In this document: positions 61,581-64,000 of the stretch, one piece after another
Layout of the letters: each line of letters starts with the position of its first letter
Position numbering within the stretch: position 1 is the stretch's first letter
Source: Eukaryota sp. GEM-RC1
Lineage: Eukaryota
NCBI GenBank assembly: GCA_040285855.1
Contig: JAUFOQ010000016.1
Location: 2,232,001-2,296,000, forward strand
DNA length: 64,000 bases
Direction of reading: 5' to 3'
The notes under the pieces: generated by a model
Database searches by the model: none
The model's input: only the letters and a program-made list of their open reading frames with translations
Told to the model about the DNA's origin: nothing
Position numbers and translations under genes: made by a program

Positions 61581-63341
61581 CTAGCCTCGTGACTTGTTAC
61601 CCCGTATGGTTTTAAACATGACGTTAGCTTGATTGAACTCTTGCCGCTTTTCCATCTTCCTAATCAAATTAGAAACTCTTAAAGGAAGGCGTTCCACGTG
61701 TAGAAAGCCAGAAGACGCAATATACCACGAATTATCCTCAAACTCATCAATGGTCCTGAGTTTTCTTCCAAAAGGTCAAATACACACGTCACCGGTCCTG
61801 TTGGCAACTTCAATTTCGACGACAAATAGGCAACAACGTGCTCCAAAGTCTTATACTTGAGTTTTAACACGCAAAGTTCCAGCCCTCGATCTTGGAGTTC
61901 TCCATCTTTAAATATTAACACCACTGGGGGTCGACTGCTTTGAACTACTGGCTGATGTGTGGTTAATGTGGAATCGTGATTGTGTGATTGCTTTTTGAGC
62001 TGATTGTACAGATTAGAGTTTTTAACCACTTGAAATTTGAGCGGAAGTCTTGATAAGTCAAGCTCTTCTGGTCCACATAGAACGTAATAATGACCATGAC
62101 GTAACCCAGACCAACTTTTTACCTTTTCTCCACTTTGATTGTAGATATTCCTCACAATGCCAGTATTAAGTTGTCCTACAGCATCTGTTAAATAGAGACG
62201 GAGTTGATGGTAATTACGAAGTTTCTCCCTGTTAAGCACTACTCTTTGAGGTTCATCATGAAGGGAACCGTTTTTGAATACATAGATTGGAAACAACAGA
62301 AGACAGAAGAACTGGTTGTGCAGGAGTTGATGATAGACGAGAAGTAGGTAAAGAAGGAGGGGGCTCACTACGGAGATTACGAGGAGAAGAGTGGATGTCT
62401 TGTGAGGCTGGGATCTGAGTAAGTGTTAGGGGAATCTGAGAGGCATCAAATGGTTCAAAGTTTCTGACGGCAATGTAAGGTTGATCTGGTTTGAGCTGAG
62501 AAATAGACTTGATTTCAAGCCCTGATGGAGTAAATAAGCCAGTGCAATTGCCAGAAAAGATGCGATGGTCGGATAAGTCTTGGAAATTCCAGGATGCATC
62601 TCTGTTATTGTTTATGTATTTGTCAAGGGCATCTCTACATTGAGAAAGGAACTCAATAAAAAGGTCTTTAAAGTGCGAAGAAGTAGCATCTGACAATTTA
62701 GGTGGTACAACAGCCAAAGAGACACCGTCATGACAAGAGTGGCCATTTTCAAAGACTCGAATATGGAATAATTGAGTGTTTGGAAGTGATGGGACAGACG
62801 TTCCAATACGAAGCCGCTGCACCGTTTCCATTACAGGTTTAGGGACTGAACGGGGTTTTCCAAGTGGAGATGAGGGAAGATGATTGATTTCGATCGTATT
62901 TGAAGACTCATTGTCACAATTTGCCCTATGAATGGGAACAACTTTTGCAACAATCTTGTTTTCCTGAATAGCGTTTCTTGATATCGCAGCCCTAGCAATC
63001 CTGTGATAGTCAAATGATTCGCCACTACATACGATGTATGCTTTTCGATCTTGAAATTCCTGTAATCCTCTTATCATTTTGCCATCCAAATTATATACCT
63101 TTCTTACAGGACCCGTGAATGGCCTCAAAATTGAAGTTGCTTTGTCATAAAGGTGCTGCATTGTATGAATTCTCTGTGGATTCACCGCCAAAGCAACCCC
63201 AGTTTCGTTTATCTGACCGTTACGAAAGATGTAAATCAGAGGTCCCTTCGTTCCATCATGGTTATATTTCTTGATGGGTCGTTTCTTCATTGGAGCATTA
63301 TAAGGAAACCGTACCTCTTGCTTGTAGAATTGATGATACAT
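61581..63341 (-). CDS. Doublecortin-domain protein with about four DCX domains; indels near 62290 and 61770
   Basis: Repeated IFRNG...L..L....GPVRKVYNLDGK.I......D...YIVC units. The last domain continues GRKLRTIDEFEDNSWYIAS to the stop at 61581. Confidence 0.85.
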
Positions 63342-63430
63342 TCCTAACCAAAGTTCGTAGTCGACTCAGGTTATGTAATCCTTGCTTCTAGATCTTCAGT
63401 TAGCAGATCTCAACTATATCACAATTCCTT

Positions 63431-63958
63431 ATGCTGCATCTGCAGATTGTTGCACTGCTTCTCCTAGCAGTATCATGTGTTTCTGTAAGTAGAGATTGTC
63501 GCAATTGTATTGAACTGTTTCAAGACTCTCTCCCAAAGCATCCGCTAGCATTACGTCATCAAAAGACTATAATATACAGATTGCGTTACGCCTGTCTTAG
63601 TTTTCCAGCAAAAGCAGAAACAAAATGTTTACGCTTTCTAATGACAAATTCCAGTATTGGTGTCACCTATGCTATAGATAATAAGTTGAGATATCTCTGC
63701 GAGGAGATCCAGTTGTGCCATTCTGATATGTGTGAATCATGTATTCATGCTGTTGAGATAGTTCAACCGCTGTTGGATATGACAAAGCATTCTCGTACTT
63801 CTGATTTCATTTCCATAATGTGCACGCTTTTAGAACCCTTTGTTGAAAAGAAACAGTGTGGTAAGTTGTTGCAGGAAGAGATGCATTATGTTGAACGATT
63901 TTTCCATGAACAACCAAATGGTTATCCGTTTTGCAAGACTTTCAGGTTTTGTTCTTAA
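63431..63958 (+). CDS. Secreted saposin-like protein with two SapB domains
   Basis: Signal peptide followed by two six-Cys saposin patterns (CRNC...AC...KC...LCEEIQLC and CESC...MC...QC...FCKTFRFC). Confidence 0.88.
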   Translation: MLHLQIVALLLLAVSCVSVSRDCRNCIELFQDSLPKHPLALRHQKTIIYRLRYACLSFPAKAETKCLRFLMTNSSIGVTYAIDNKLRYLCEEIQLCHSDMCESCIHAVEIVQPLLDMTKHSRTSDFISIMCTLLEPFVEKKQCGKLLQEEMHYVERFFHEQPNGYPFCKTFRFCS

Positions 63959-64000
63959 ATAAATTTGTGGTTTTTTGATTTTTCTAGGAGAAAAGATATT

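Noticed and set aside
1..64000. tRNA, rRNA, snRNA genes or telomeric arrays
   Set aside because: None recognised by eye. A covariance-model scan (tRNAscan-SE, Infernal/Rfam) would be needed to exclude divergent ones.

Overview
AT-rich, compact genomic DNA from a unicellular eukaryote, probably flagellated. The tiny GTATGT/GTAAG introns with the branch point close to the AG resemble metamonad introns, but the taxon is an inference only. Genes: a DGAT1/ACAT-type MBOAT, a ~18.8 kb giant surface/receptor gene, an unannotated 4-TM protein, SLBP, an F-box/LRR-like protein, CGI121, NOT2, a Grp170/HYOU1 ER chaperone, a Nup188-like scaffold, a CTFxP-repeat protein, NOP56, PABP, a divergent MDH-family enzyme, a multi-DCX protein and a two-domain saposin. 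The giant gene encodes a signal peptide, a LamG domain, 10 tandem 346-aa repeats, IPT-like and Cys-rich regions and a multi-TM C-terminus. Many genes are split by 1-nt indels, mostly in homopolymers and in both directions, most consistent with long-read consensus error. At least three breaks are instead 25-27 nt spliceosomal introns. The spacers hold nested mobile elements with readable TSDs: 5'-truncated CRE-clade non-LTR retrotransposons, hAT MITEs, a CATAG-ended MITE, a MULE and a 1.86 kb Ty3/Gypsy derivative with 81-bp LTRs. Best leads: the giant repeat receptor, the minimal introns that reveal hidden genes, an MDH paralogue lacking the malate-specificity Arg (possible convergent LDH) and the mini-LTR element with a PBS-like motif inside the LTR.
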